DNA of 64,000 nucleotides from Dehalococcoidia bacterium (GTDB lineage Bacteria; Chloroflexota; Dehalococcoidia; Lucifugimonadales; UBA3495): NCBI GenBank assembly GCA_965207865.1, contig CBDBNP010000005.1, positions 112,055 to 176,054 of the forward strand, read 5' to 3'. Shown piece by piece: positions 49,161 to 58,577 of this stretch (position 1 is its first letter; each line of letters starts with the position of its first letter). The notes under the pieces were generated by a model. It saw only the letters and a program-made list of their open reading frames with translations, ran no database searches and was not told where the DNA came from. The position numbers and the translations under genes were made by a program.

Positions 49161-49810
49161 TGCCCTCTCGCTACAACGAAGACCTCACCAGCATCGGCAA
49201 CCGCGCCATTGAGCAGCTCACCGGCCGAAACAAGGACCGCGAGGAGGGCCTCTCCGTATCCCGGGAAGTAATCCGTTCTTCGGCCAATGCCATCCGCGCA
49301 GTCCACCGCGACGATTTCGACGAGGCAAAAAGGCTGGTTGACTCGGGCCGAAAGCGCCTGCAGGATGCCGAGCACATTCGTGACGACAATCCGCTGATCT
49401 ACAACGCCGGCTTTCTCAACGACGCCCGCAAGGAATTTGTCGAGGCGAATGTCACCCTGGCCGTAATCTCAGGCAACGACATCCCAACCGCTGACGAACT
49501 GGGCATCGATTCCCCTGCCTATCTAAACGGAATGGCCGAGGTCATCGGGGAGTTGCGACGCTACATCCTCGACTCCCTGCGCCGTGACAGCGTGGAGCGT
49601 TGCGAAGAACTGATGGAAGTCATGGACGAGATTTACGGCGTCCTCGTCACCGTGGACTTCCCAGAGGCCGTGACTGGCGGCCTGCGCCACACCACCGACG
49701 CCATGCGCGCCGTGCTGGAACGCACCCGCGGGGACCTGACGATAGCTCTACGCCAGCGCGCCCTGGAGGCCAGGCTGGCCGCGTGGCAGGAGCATCGGGA
49801 CGGCGCATAA
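49160..49810 (+). CDS. translin/TRAX family protein
   Basis: RE..L.VSREVIR.S..AI.AVH, KEFVEA, YLNGMAEVIGELRRYILD, LR...D..R..LERTR; overlaps the thiE stop (TGATG). Confidence 0.82.
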   Translation: MPSRYNEDLTSIGNRAIEQLTGRNKDREEGLSVSREVIRSSANAIRAVHRDDFDEAKRLVDSGRKRLQDAEHIRDDNPLIYNAGFLNDARKEFVEANVTLAVISGNDIPTADELGIDSPAYLNGMAEVIGELRRYILDSLRRDSVERCEELMEVMDEIYGVLVTVDFPEAVTGGLRHTTDAMRAVLERTRGDLTIALRQRALEARLAAWQEHRDGA

Positions 49811-49880
49811 TTCCCCCTCACTGGCGTAGAGGGAAAGCGTAATCTGCAATCGCCAAGTCCCATATCGACAGGAGGCAGCC

Positions 49881-50945
49881 ATGCTATCGAGTTCGGCAGC
49901 TACGGCGGAGACCCTGGAGCGCTTCTACGACGAGCTGAAGGACATCGGTACGTCGCCACTCTGGCTGGTCCAGGAGGAGGCGCTGGTGGCCGAACCCAAG
50001 AGCAAGGCCCTGCCCTTCCTGTGGCGCTGGCAGGACCTGAAGCCCCAGGCCCTGCGTGCCGGCGACCTGATCGGCACCGCTGACGCAGAGCGCCGGGTGC
50101 TGATGCTGCTCAACCCGGGCCACAACCGGATCGCCACCACCAACTCCCTGTTCTCGGGCCTGCAGATCGTGATGCCCGGCGAGGCGGCGCGCGCCCACCG
50201 GCACACGCCGGCAGCCCTGCGGTTCATCATCGACAGCCAGGGCGGATCAACCACGGTCAACGGCGACCGTATCCCCATGTACCCCGGCGATCTCGTGCTT
50301 ACGCCTAACTGGATATGGCACGACCACGCCAACGATACCCCTGACCCGATCATCTGGCTGGACGGGCTGGACATTCCCCTGGTGCACATGCTGGAGGCTG
50401 TGTACTACGAGCCTTACCCGGAGGACGTGCAGCCGGTCACCGAACCCACCGACTCCTCGCTGACTCGTTACGGCGCGGGCACACTGCGCCCCACTTGGGA
50501 GCACAGCAACGCAGCCCATTCGCCGCTCATGCACTACCCGTGGCAGCAGACATGGGAGACGCTGCAACGCTTGGCCCCAGAGGTGGACGGCAGCCCCTAC
50601 GACGGCGTGATGTTGGAGTACACCAACCCCAACACCGGCGGGCCCGTGATGCCCACCATTGCCTGCCACATCCAGATGCTGCGTCCGGGAGAATCAACAA
50701 AGGCACATCGCCATACTGCCAGCGCCATCTACCATGTGGTGCAAGGCAGTGGAAGCTCCGTGGTCAACGGCCAGGCCATCGAATGGGAGGACAAAGACGT
50801 ATTCTGCGTTCCCGGCTGGAACTACCACGAGCACGCCAACGCCTCCGATACCGAACCGGCCGTGCTGTTCAGCTTTACGGAGGCGCCGGTGCTGCAGGCG
50901 CTGAGCCTCCTGCGCGAGCAGGCCCACCCTGACGGGCACCAGTAG
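49881..50945 (+). CDS. bicupin dioxygenase, gentisate 1,2-dioxygenase family
   Basis: AERRVLML.NPG, GLQIVMPGE.A.AHRHTPAALRF, LVLTP.W.WHDH, WLDGLD.PLV, EYTNP.TGGPVMPT, HRHT. Confidence 0.88.
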   Translation: MLSSSAATAETLERFYDELKDIGTSPLWLVQEEALVAEPKSKALPFLWRWQDLKPQALRAGDLIGTADAERRVLMLLNPGHNRIATTNSLFSGLQIVMPGEAARAHRHTPAALRFIIDSQGGSTTVNGDRIPMYPGDLVLTPNWIWHDHANDTPDPIIWLDGLDIPLVHMLEAVYYEPYPEDVQPVTEPTDSSLTRYGAGTLRPTWEHSNAAHSPLMHYPWQQTWETLQRLAPEVDGSPYDGVMLEYTNPNTGGPVMPTIACHIQMLRPGESTKAHRHTASAIYHVVQGSGSSVVNGQAIEWEDKDVFCVPGWNYHEHANASDTEPAVLFSFTEAPVLQALSLLREQAHPDGHQ

Positions 50946-50951
50946 GCCGAT

Positions 50952-51758
50952 ATGAAGATCACCTTCCTAGGTACAGGTGCGGGCAGTTCCACGCTGCGGG
51001 CGCACACGGCAATGGCACTGGAGTGCCCTGACGGCACCAGACTCTTGCTTGACGCCAGCTCCGGAAATTCGGCCCTCCGCCAGGCCAATGCAGCGGGTAT
51101 CAACCTGCGGGAATTCGACGACATCCTGCTTTCCCACGATCATCCCGACCACATGGCGGGGATAGAATTTGTTCAGTTCGACCGCGCCCTGGCCAGCGAG
51201 GATTGGCCCGCACTTCGCGTCCACGCCAGCTACGAGGCCCTCGAAGGTCTCAAACGCCACTCCATCATATCCCGGCTGAACATCAGGGACATATCCGGCG
51301 ACTTTGGCCGCAACTACGAAGGACGAAGGTTGCTGCATTGGAAGCCCACTGACCACGGCCGCGTGATCGAACTGGGACCGAGGACCACGGCCTGGCACTT
51401 CGAGGCCGACCACATAACCGGAGCATCCGGCTGGCGGGTGGAATGCGAGGGAAAGGCCGTGGTGTTCTCAGGAGACACCCGGTACAGCCCAGCAGTAGCC
51501 AAGGCCGCCGAGGGTGCAGATCTACTGATCCACGAGGCCTTCTGCGTGTCGGACTCCGTACTGGCGAGTGCCTCTGGCCACTGCACCGGGGGGGAGGCAG
51601 GACAGGTAGCTGCAGAGGCGCGTGTCGGGAGCCTGGTCCTGACTCACCTCACAGACGCATACCACGGGGATCCGGAACCCCTCGGCGTCGAGGCCGCGCA
51701 ACATTACACTGGCCCCATTTCCATAGCCCATGACCTGATGCAGGTAACTCTGGGATGA
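50952..51758 (+). CDS. MBL-fold hydrolase, RNase Z / AtsA-like
   Basis: FLGTGAG, LLDAS, SHDHPDH, DH, FSGDT, LLIHEA, LTH. Confidence 0.85.
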   Translation: MKITFLGTGAGSSTLRAHTAMALECPDGTRLLLDASSGNSALRQANAAGINLREFDDILLSHDHPDHMAGIEFVQFDRALASEDWPALRVHASYEALEGLKRHSIISRLNIRDISGDFGRNYEGRRLLHWKPTDHGRVIELGPRTTAWHFEADHITGASGWRVECEGKAVVFSGDTRYSPAVAKAAEGADLLIHEAFCVSDSVLASASGHCTGGEAGQVAAEARVGSLVLTHLTDAYHGDPEPLGVEAAQHYTGPISIAHDLMQVTLG

Positions 51759-52573
51759 GTAGCTTGGACATTATTTTCCTCGGCACCGGCGCGGGATTGT
51801 CCACCACCCGCGCGCATACCGCCATTGCCCTCCGCTGCCCCGACGGAACGTTGCTGCTGCTGGACGGCAGCTCCGGCAATTCTGCCCTGCGCAACGGGGA
51901 GATTTCTGGGCTCAAATCCTACGACTACGATCACGTGCTGCTGTCCCACGACCACCAGGACCACCTGTCGGGCCTGATGTTCGTTCAGGGCAATCGGTCG
52001 CGAGAGACACCCGACGAGAATCCCCTTTCCATCTCTGGTAGCAACCTGGCCCTCGAGGGACTGCGCAAAGCGACGGTGGCTGCCAAGGTTCCCGACATCC
52101 GGGACGAGTCCGCCTACAACCACTCAGGCAAGCAGGTTATGCGCTGGCGGGAGGTCCGTCCCGGGCAGAAGCTGGAGCTTGGTCCCGAAACCGAGGCATG
52201 GTCATTCGACGTAGATCACATCCCCGGTTCCGTCGGCTGGCGTGTCGAGTCGGGCGGGATATCGGTCGTCTTTTCAGGCGACACCACGTACAGCAGAGGG
52301 CTGGTGGACGCCGCCCAGGGAGCCGATGTGCTGATCCATGAGGCGCTCACCACCGACGATGCCCACGCCTACGCATCCGGTCGCCTGCACTCGACCTCGG
52401 GAGATGCCGCCCGCGTCGCGGTTCAGGCATCTGTAAAGCAGCTGATCATCACTCACATCGACAACGCCTTCCACGAAAATCAGGACCCCCTCCTGCAGGA
52501 CGCGGCCTTTATCTACACCGGCCCCATCAGCGCCGCCCACGACCTGAGGCAGGTCAGCATTTCTGCCTCCTGA
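51755..52573 (+). CDS. MBL-fold hydrolase, RNase Z / AtsA-like (tandem paralogue)
   Basis: FLGTGAG, LLDGS, SHDHQDH, DH, FSGDT, VLIHEA, ITH; overlaps the previous stop (ATGA). Confidence 0.85.
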   Translation: MSSLDIIFLGTGAGLSTTRAHTAIALRCPDGTLLLLDGSSGNSALRNGEISGLKSYDYDHVLLSHDHQDHLSGLMFVQGNRSRETPDENPLSISGSNLALEGLRKATVAAKVPDIRDESAYNHSGKQVMRWREVRPGQKLELGPETEAWSFDVDHIPGSVGWRVESGGISVVFSGDTTYSRGLVDAAQGADVLIHEALTTDDAHAYASGRLHSTSGDAARVAVQASVKQLIITHIDNAFHENQDPLLQDAAFIYTGPISAAHDLRQVSISAS

Positions 52574-52794
52574 CGACCCTCCACTCGCCGATCTCCAGAG
52601 ACACTTTCTCCCACAGAGACGTACGTCTCTCTACTGAGAGGGCAATAGACTCTGTCAATTCGAGATTTGATGACATTTGCCACTGGCATAACACAACAAT
52701 TAGAACTAAAGTTTCAGCAAGCCGAGTATCGGACAAACCTGCAACTCGACTGACCGGCAAACAAAGCGGGGCAGCGAGAACTAGGAGGACGACA

Positions 52795-53559
52795 GTGCTT
52801 GCAAGCACCAATTCCTGCGCAATGGTCGGACTGGAAGGTTACATCATAAAGGTAGAGGTCGACCTGTCCCCGGGCGTTCCGCGATTCAACATGGTGGGCC
52901 TACCCGACACGGCTGTTCAGGAGGCCAAGGAACGAGTCCGGGCTGCCCTGCGAAACAGTGGCTGCGAATTCCCCATGCGCCGAATAACCGTCAACCTCGC
53001 ACCCGCCGACCTGAAGAAAGAGGGGCCGGCGTACGACCTGCCCATCGCCATTGGAATCCTGCTCAGCTCGGGTCAACTGGAAGCGGTGCCACCCGACGCG
53101 GTGTTCCTGGGAGAGCTGTCATTGGATGGCAGCCTGCGGCACACCAACGGCATCCTGACAATGGTGTCGGTAGCCAGAAACCAGGGCTACCAGTCGGTCA
53201 TCGTACCGGCGGTTGACGCCGAAGAGGCATCCCTGGTGGAGGACATCACTGTCTACCCGGTGTCCACCCTGGACGCCGCATTGCAGCACCTTCGAGGTGA
53301 GACCCCGCTCGAGCCGATGAAGGGCGATGGATGGGCGAACTGCAGCACATCATCCTGCAGCACGGACTATATGGACCTGGCTCATATCAAGGGACAGGAT
53401 CACGCGAAACGAGCACTGGAAGTGGCGGCGGCCGGATTCCACAACCTCTTGTTCAGCGGCCCGCCGGGCAGCGGCAAGACCCTGCTGGCCCGCTGCCTGC
53501 CATCCATCCTGCCGCGAATGGCGCCGCAGGAGGCGCTGGAGGTCACCAAGATCTACAGC
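52795..53559 (+). pseudogene. comM: comM/yifB Mg-chelatase-like AAA+ ATPase, 5' fragment
   Basis: VGLPDTAVQEAKERVRAAL, RITVNLAPADLKKEGPAYDLPIA, GELSLDG, KGQ..AKRALEVAAAG.HN, GPPGSGKT; similarity stops at EVTKIYS where the IS begins. Confidence 0.93.
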
Positions 53560-53594
53560 TGTTTGACGTCAACTACCTTTGCCGGTTCCGTCGA

Positions 53595-54371
53595 TTATTC
53601 TTGCCGGTCCACCTCCTGCTTCTGACCCCTTTGCTGAGCCACTCCGGTTCGGTAGCTGGGCACGTCGAATTCCAGGATGACCGAGTGATGCACGATGCGG
53701 TCGATGGCCGCCGCGGTGGCCATGGGATTGGCGAAGATGTGCTCCCACTGGGAGAAGACCAAGTTGGAGGTGATGCCCAGGGACCGGCGTTCGTAGCGCT
53801 CGGCGATGAGAGTGAAGAGCACCTCCGACTCTTCGGCTCCCTGGGGCAGGTATCCCAGGTCGTCCAGCAGCAGGAAGTCGTAGCTGTCGAGGCGGCGTAA
53901 TTGTCGTGGCAATGCCAAGTCCCGCCTTGCGGCCAGCAGGTCCTGCACCAGCCGGTAGGCCGGGGCAAACAGCACCGAGCGTCCCGACTCCACCAGCCGG
54001 TGGCCCACGGCGCATAGTGCGTGGGTCTTCCCGGTGCCCGGCAGCCCGAAAGCCAGGACGTTGACGCCCCGCTCGACGAAGTTGCCGTCGGCCAGTTCTC
54101 CCAGCTGCTGCCTGAGAGCCAAGGGCACCCGGTCGTGCTCGAAAGTCTCCCAGGTCTTCCCCGCAGGCAGTCTGGACGAGGTGCGCAGCCTGCTGATTCG
54201 CCGCTGACGTCGATCCTCTGCCTCCTGCTCCAGCACCTCCAGGAAAGTGGAGAGAGCATCGCCGTGTCCTGCGGCGGTGAAGCGGGAGACCGACTGCGTT
54301 CCCATGGTGGGCAGCCGAAATTGACGGCAAAGTTCCCCGATCCGGTCGTTTAGCGCCACCGTGTCCGTCAT
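53595..54371 (-). CDS. istB: IS21-family transposition helper ATPase
   Basis: Walker A GLPGTGKTH, Walker B LLLDDLGY, RYERRSL.ITSNL, AAIDRIVHHS; ATG overlaps the istA stop. Confidence 0.95.
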   Translation of the reverse strand: MTDTVALNDRIGELCRQFRLPTMGTQSVSRFTAAGHGDALSTFLEVLEQEAEDRRQRRISRLRTSSRLPAGKTWETFEHDRVPLALRQQLGELADGNFVERGVNVLAFGLPGTGKTHALCAVGHRLVESGRSVLFAPAYRLVQDLLAARRDLALPRQLRRLDSYDFLLLDDLGYLPQGAEESEVLFTLIAERYERRSLGITSNLVFSQWEHIFANPMATAAAIDRIVHHSVILEFDVPSYRTGVAQQRGQKQEVDRQE

Positions 54372-55852
54372 CAGGCCACCCCCACCAGCAGGGAGTCGTA
54401 GACCCTCAGGTCCGGCATCCCGTTCAGCGTCAGCACCGGCGCCCGCGGCGGAGCTGGGTTGGCCAGTTCCTTGACCGTGCCGTAGTCGAAGGGATCGCCA
54501 GCCTCCAGCAGCAGCGCCAGGGCGCTGTCCACCGTGGACTCCATGGTGGTCGCCGCCAAGTGCAAGATGCGGACATACTCCACGTCGGCGCGTTCGCCGC
54601 GCCACCGCCTCAGGGCATCGTAGGCCAGCTGGAAGGTCATGGTGGGAAACATCTGCTCCCGGAACCGGTAGCGGGCGAAGGCCCCGGGCTTACGCACCAG
54701 GGAGCCGATGATGTGGCGATAGTCGACCCGTGCTTCCCGCTCGCCACGGACCCTTTCCATCCGTTCCACGAAGGTGCCCTTGTAGTACACTTCCAGACAG
54801 TCGGCGTACAGCCGGATCTGCACCTCCTTCCCGATGAGCCGGGAGGGGACGGTGTAGGTGCGGCCAGCTGCCTGGATGGTGCTCCACTTGCGCACCCGGG
54901 CACGGTAGTTGACGTATTCCGGCACTGGAGCTGGCGGCAGGCACTGCAGATGAGGGAGTTCCTGCTCCAGCTTTTCCTCTATCAGCCGGTTGCGGCGGGC
55001 CACGACCTTGCCGACGAAGCCGGTGTAATCATCAACCGCATTGAAATCACGGCTGCCCCGCAGCATCAGAGCCTGGTCGATGGCGTCCTTGAGCCGAAAG
55101 TGGGCCTGCTCGGCGACGCCGTTTTCGTGGGACTCCCCGGAATTGATCAGCGTAGATTCAAGCCCATAATGGTCCAGAAGCTCGGTGTAGCTGTCGTTGA
55201 GGGCCCGGCCGCGGCTGCGCCTTATCTCGTGGGTCAGGGCCGAGGTGTTGTCGGAACGGATCACCTGCGGTGCTCCACCCAAGGCCCACAGGGCGTTCTG
55301 TAGTCCCTGCTTCAGGGCCAGGAAGGTCTCGCCAGTGGCCGCCTCTGCGTAGCGCCAGCCTGAATGACTCAGCACCAGTTGGAACAGAAGGTGGCGGTAG
55401 GGCCGGCCGCCGATGGTGACTCCCAGGGAGTTGCAGTGGGTGAAGTCGATCTGGGCCTCCCGGCCCGGTGGATGCTCCTGGGGGAAGTAGACCTCCTGAT
55501 CCGGGCCGTTGAGCGCACGCCAGTCCTGTAATCGTCGTTGCAGTGTGCGGAGCTGGGATGCGCTGAAGCGGCCGGGGAATTTCTCCTCCAACCACTCGAT
55601 AATTGTCGTTGCCTTGAGATTGCCAGCGGCCTCGCCTTGGAGCAGGGGCAGGATTTCCCCCTCCCACACTCCGTCAAAGGGGTCGGGACGAGTGCGCCAC
55701 CAGCGCTCCTGCTTGGTCTCCGACGGCAAGGAACCGCACTGCCATTTGCGAGCCGACCGCTCGCTCATCCCAGCCATGGCCGCCGCCGTTTCCTGTGTCT
55801 TTCCTTCCATCCTCTTCTGCCTCAATAGCCTGACTTGCCTGTCTGTAATCAA
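54371..55852 (-). CDS. istA: IS21-family DDE transposase
   Basis: N-terminal HTH, TLQRRL..WR, EAQIDFT, IRSDN, ENGVAEQAH, YTVPSRLIG.EV. Confidence 0.95.
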   Translation of the reverse strand: MITDRQVRLLRQKRMEGKTQETAAAMAGMSERSARKWQCGSLPSETKQERWWRTRPDPFDGVWEGEILPLLQGEAAGNLKATTIIEWLEEKFPGRFSASQLRTLQRRLQDWRALNGPDQEVYFPQEHPPGREAQIDFTHCNSLGVTIGGRPYRHLLFQLVLSHSGWRYAEAATGETFLALKQGLQNALWALGGAPQVIRSDNTSALTHEIRRSRGRALNDSYTELLDHYGLESTLINSGESHENGVAEQAHFRLKDAIDQALMLRGSRDFNAVDDYTGFVGKVVARRNRLIEEKLEQELPHLQCLPPAPVPEYVNYRARVRKWSTIQAAGRTYTVPSRLIGKEVQIRLYADCLEVYYKGTFVERMERVRGEREARVDYRHIIGSLVRKPGAFARYRFREQMFPTMTFQLAYDALRRWRGERADVEYVRILHLAATTMESTVDSALALLLEAGDPFDYGTVKELANPAPPRAPVLTLNGMPDLRVYDSLLVGVA

Positions 55853-55932
55853 TCCGGTACCTCCGTACCGGATGATTAACCGGCAAATCTAGTTGACGCC
55901 AGCGGCAGATCTAATTGTCGTTGATCAACAGC

Positions 55933-56196
55933 GTGAACGGATCGCTGCAGACCGAGAATCCGCTGATGTTGCAGCGGCCCTTCCGGTCGCCGCATTACAC
56001 CATCTCCAACGCCGGCCTCGTGGGCGGCGGCCGCACCCTGCGTCCCGGTGAGATCACGCTGAGCCACCGGGGCGTACTCTTCCTCGACGAGTTGCCGGAG
56101 TTCAACCACGCGGCCCTCGAGTCACTGCGACAGCCCCTGGAGGACAAGGTGGTCACCATCAGCCGTGTTTCCGGCTCGGTCACCTACCCGGCAAGT
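55933..56196 (+). pseudogene. comM: comM/yifB middle fragment, truncated by island integration
   Basis: [17 protein letters not shown]...[35 protein letters not shown]...VTYPAS; the expected F.LVAAMNPCPCG is replaced by unrelated sequence. Confidence 0.92.
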
Positions 56197-57787
56197 TTGT
56201 TGTCTGTTGCTCAGCTACAACCAAATCGGCGGGAATGGCCAACGTGATGGTAACTTTATTGTCGCCATCTATGGTTGCGCCTTCCACTAGCTGTTCCAGA
56301 ATTTCCTTCCTCTGTCCGAAGGACAATTTTTCCAGACCTTGAGACACTTTCTTTGCCCACAGGCCAATGTCCTCCGATTGACACACCCTGTTTTGGGCCG
56401 TTGCCTCCCTGCCCTGGAGGTCCTCAAGCCTTTTTGTGCGGTGCTGCAATTTTGCAGCGATTACGCCGCGTTGACGGTCGAGTTGATCTTGATCAATCCT
56501 CCCAGTTACGAAAAGCGACACGGCGCGTTCATCCTCTTTTCGCGACTCCTTGACCTTCAATTGGGCGGCCGTGATTTCTTTGTCCAAATCCCCGCCATTT
56601 GCTTCGATTACGTTTCCCAGACTGTTCGTAATCCGCTCAGGTTGCCGTAGCACCTCTGCGACTTCCTCCCATATGAGGTCTTCGAGCAACTCGGCGCGGA
56701 TGAATTTTGGCTCTCGACAATTTGTGCGGCGCTGTTGCATTCCGTAGCATCGGTAATACCTACGGGGAGGATCAAGCTCGTAACTGTAGGTTCTTCCGCC
56801 ACGCTTGACTGAATTTTGTTTCGTGGCTCGCCCTCCCATCAGCATCTCACACACCTCGCAACGTACGAGGTGTTGCACCATGTATTCAACTGTGGTGTTT
56901 CGTTTCGAGCGACTCTTTCGAACTTCCTTCAGTTTTTGAGCTTCATTCCAAGTGTCCTCGTCAACGATTGCTGGTACCGGAACCGGAATCCACGTCTCCT
57001 CAGGCTGGTCATACTGCCTCCTGCCCAGTTCCGTGGAGATGTGCCGCTTCCTGCCGTACCACCAAACCCCTTTGTAGGCTTCGTTACCCAACATTCGGCT
57101 TAGGTGGGAATCGTGCCAACGGTGTCCAATTCCAGTCGCTGTGGGAACTCCCTCCCCTGTGAACAAAGCTCCGATGGGTTTGATTCCGAGTCCTTCGTGA
57201 ACATATAGGTCGAAAGCCCTGGCCACCACCTCCGCCTCGCTCTCCTCGATTTCAGGTTTCCCGTCTTCTCCTATTCGATACCCGTATGGCAGGCCGTTGC
57301 AGGGAATTTGTCCGTTTCTGGCCGCACCTCTTCTCCCCATGGACATACGCTGTTTCATGTTATCCAGTTCGATCTTGCCCACAACGGCGTAAATGCCAAA
57401 GGTATTCATGTCAATGGTGTCGGTAACAGACACGACCTCAATGTTGTTTGCTTCCACAACTTCCATCAGTGCTGCGGCAGGATACATGCCTCTGCTGAGG
57501 CGGTCCGACTTCCAGCACACAATGACATCGCAAGCTCCTTCCTCACAGTATTTCAACATGCGCTGAAAACCTGCCCGATGCTTGGACCAGCCGGGGCCTA
57601 TGTCTTGTTCACGTCCGACAACGTCCCAGCCTTCGAGAGCACAGAGGGCTTCCATTTCAGTAAACTGCTCTGGAAATGACACCTTGTCATCTTCAGCCTG
57701 CGTCCTGTCGGAGACTCTCGCATAGAGAAAAGCTCTCTTTCTTCTTGGTGTAGGCTGAATTCGAACTGTTTTGGCCATCACTTTCAC
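56180..57787 (-). CDS. large serine recombinase (integrase)
   Basis: Catalytic [14 protein letters not shown], recombinase domain PYGY...[12 protein letters not shown], zinc ribbon LVRCEVC...YYRC...C, coiled coil, IEEL-like C-terminus. Confidence 0.93.
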   Translation of the reverse strand: MKVMAKTVRIQPTPRRKRAFLYARVSDRTQAEDDKVSFPEQFTEMEALCALEGWDVVGREQDIGPGWSKHRAGFQRMLKYCEEGACDVIVCWKSDRLSRGMYPAAALMEVVEANNIEVVSVTDTIDMNTFGIYAVVGKIELDNMKQRMSMGRRGAARNGQIPCNGLPYGYRIGEDGKPEIEESEAEVVARAFDLYVHEGLGIKPIGALFTGEGVPTATGIGHRWHDSHLSRMLGNEAYKGVWWYGRKRHISTELGRRQYDQPEETWIPVPVPAIVDEDTWNEAQKLKEVRKSRSKRNTTVEYMVQHLVRCEVCEMLMGGRATKQNSVKRGGRTYSYELDPPRRYYRCYGMQQRRTNCREPKFIRAELLEDLIWEEVAEVLRQPERITNSLGNVIEANGGDLDKEITAAQLKVKESRKEDERAVSLFVTGRIDQDQLDRQRGVIAAKLQHRTKRLEDLQGREATAQNRVCQSEDIGLWAKKVSQGLEKLSFGQRKEILEQLVEGATIDGDNKVTITLAIPADLVVAEQQTTNLPGR

Positions 57788-58020
57788 CTCAAAGCCATAA
57801 CGTGAATTGATACTCTGGAACCTGGAGCCAAGGTGGCCTTAGGATTTGGCCCAGGGGATTCTGGCGCCTGGTGTCTATGTCTCCTCGACACAGTATGTCG
57901 CTCCAAGCAAAACTTCATCTCTGTCGCGTCGCTTAGCGGCACACTGCCTTGAGCCCGTGAGACTATCCGGTCCAAGTTGTCTCGTCAACGAAGGGTGGCG
58001 CTTTCCTCTTAGATTCAGCT

Positions 58021-58304
58021 CTATAAGTGGCCATCGTCCGTTCCATCTAAGCCATCAGCATCTCCTTCTGGCTTTCCATCCAGAGTGTCAAGGCCCGCCG
58101 CTTCCAAAATGAGGTGGTAGGCTTTTCGAAGACGCGAAGGAGCATCAGGAGCCGGATAGAATCTGACTTCCACAACCTTCATGCCCGGGCCACCGCTGGC
58201 CGGGCTCTTCTTTGCTGCCGCATTCTTCTTTGCAGCCACTTTCGCCTTCCCGGACCTCCTCCGCTCCGCTGAGACGGGATTACCCGACATGAACGCCGGA
58301 ATCA
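58021..58304 (-). CDS. small hypothetical protein upstream of the integrase
   Basis: Lys/Ala-rich segment then MKVVEVRFYPAPDAPSRLRKAYHLIL; start uncertain (ORF track begins at 58389). Confidence 0.45.
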
Positions 58305-58577
58305 TCCAACAGCCCCGCCTGCCAAGCCGGATGATCGGAAACTGGTGTGTATTACCTGTCCGGAAACCATAGATGGAGTGTATTGACATAGGCTTTGTTG
58401 TTAGCGGACTTGGTGGAAATCTGGGTCACTCTGAACATTGGCAATTGGTCTTGTCCGTCCTGGTGCTTCGCTGTGGATGAATACTGTTCGAGTCCTTCAT
58501 CCACAGCCGGGTGGCGATCGAGAAATGCATTGGATGCACCGAGGCCGTCCACCTGCTGACCATGAACCAGTCCCTAG

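Larger units (their letters stand above)
53560..55927 (-). mobile_element. complete IS21-family insertion sequence (2368 bp) with 5-bp target duplication ACAGC
   Basis: TG...CA ends; terminal 25-mers match 17/25 as inverted repeats; internal inverted repeat 53568-53587 vs 55878-55897 (18/20); ACAGC at 53555-53559 and 55928-55932; removing the element restores the comM frame (IYS-VNG). Confidence 0.93.

Noticed and set aside
1273-52540. Numerous long alternative-frame ORFs (e.g. 1273-2070, 5872-6924, 16532-17455, 22733-23659, 25317-26267, 43776-45077)
   Set aside because: All overlap well-supported genes on the other strand or frame and lack motifs; expected in high-GC DNA
53595-54605. 336-aa ORF-track call for istB
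   Set aside because: The extra N-terminal part overlaps istA in another frame; the ATG at 54371 coupled to the istA stop is the better start
58352-58552. 66-aa minus-strand ORF next to the IS701, considered as a Cap3 remnant
   Set aside because: No recognisable motif, and rejoining across the IS target site gives no longer meaningful frame
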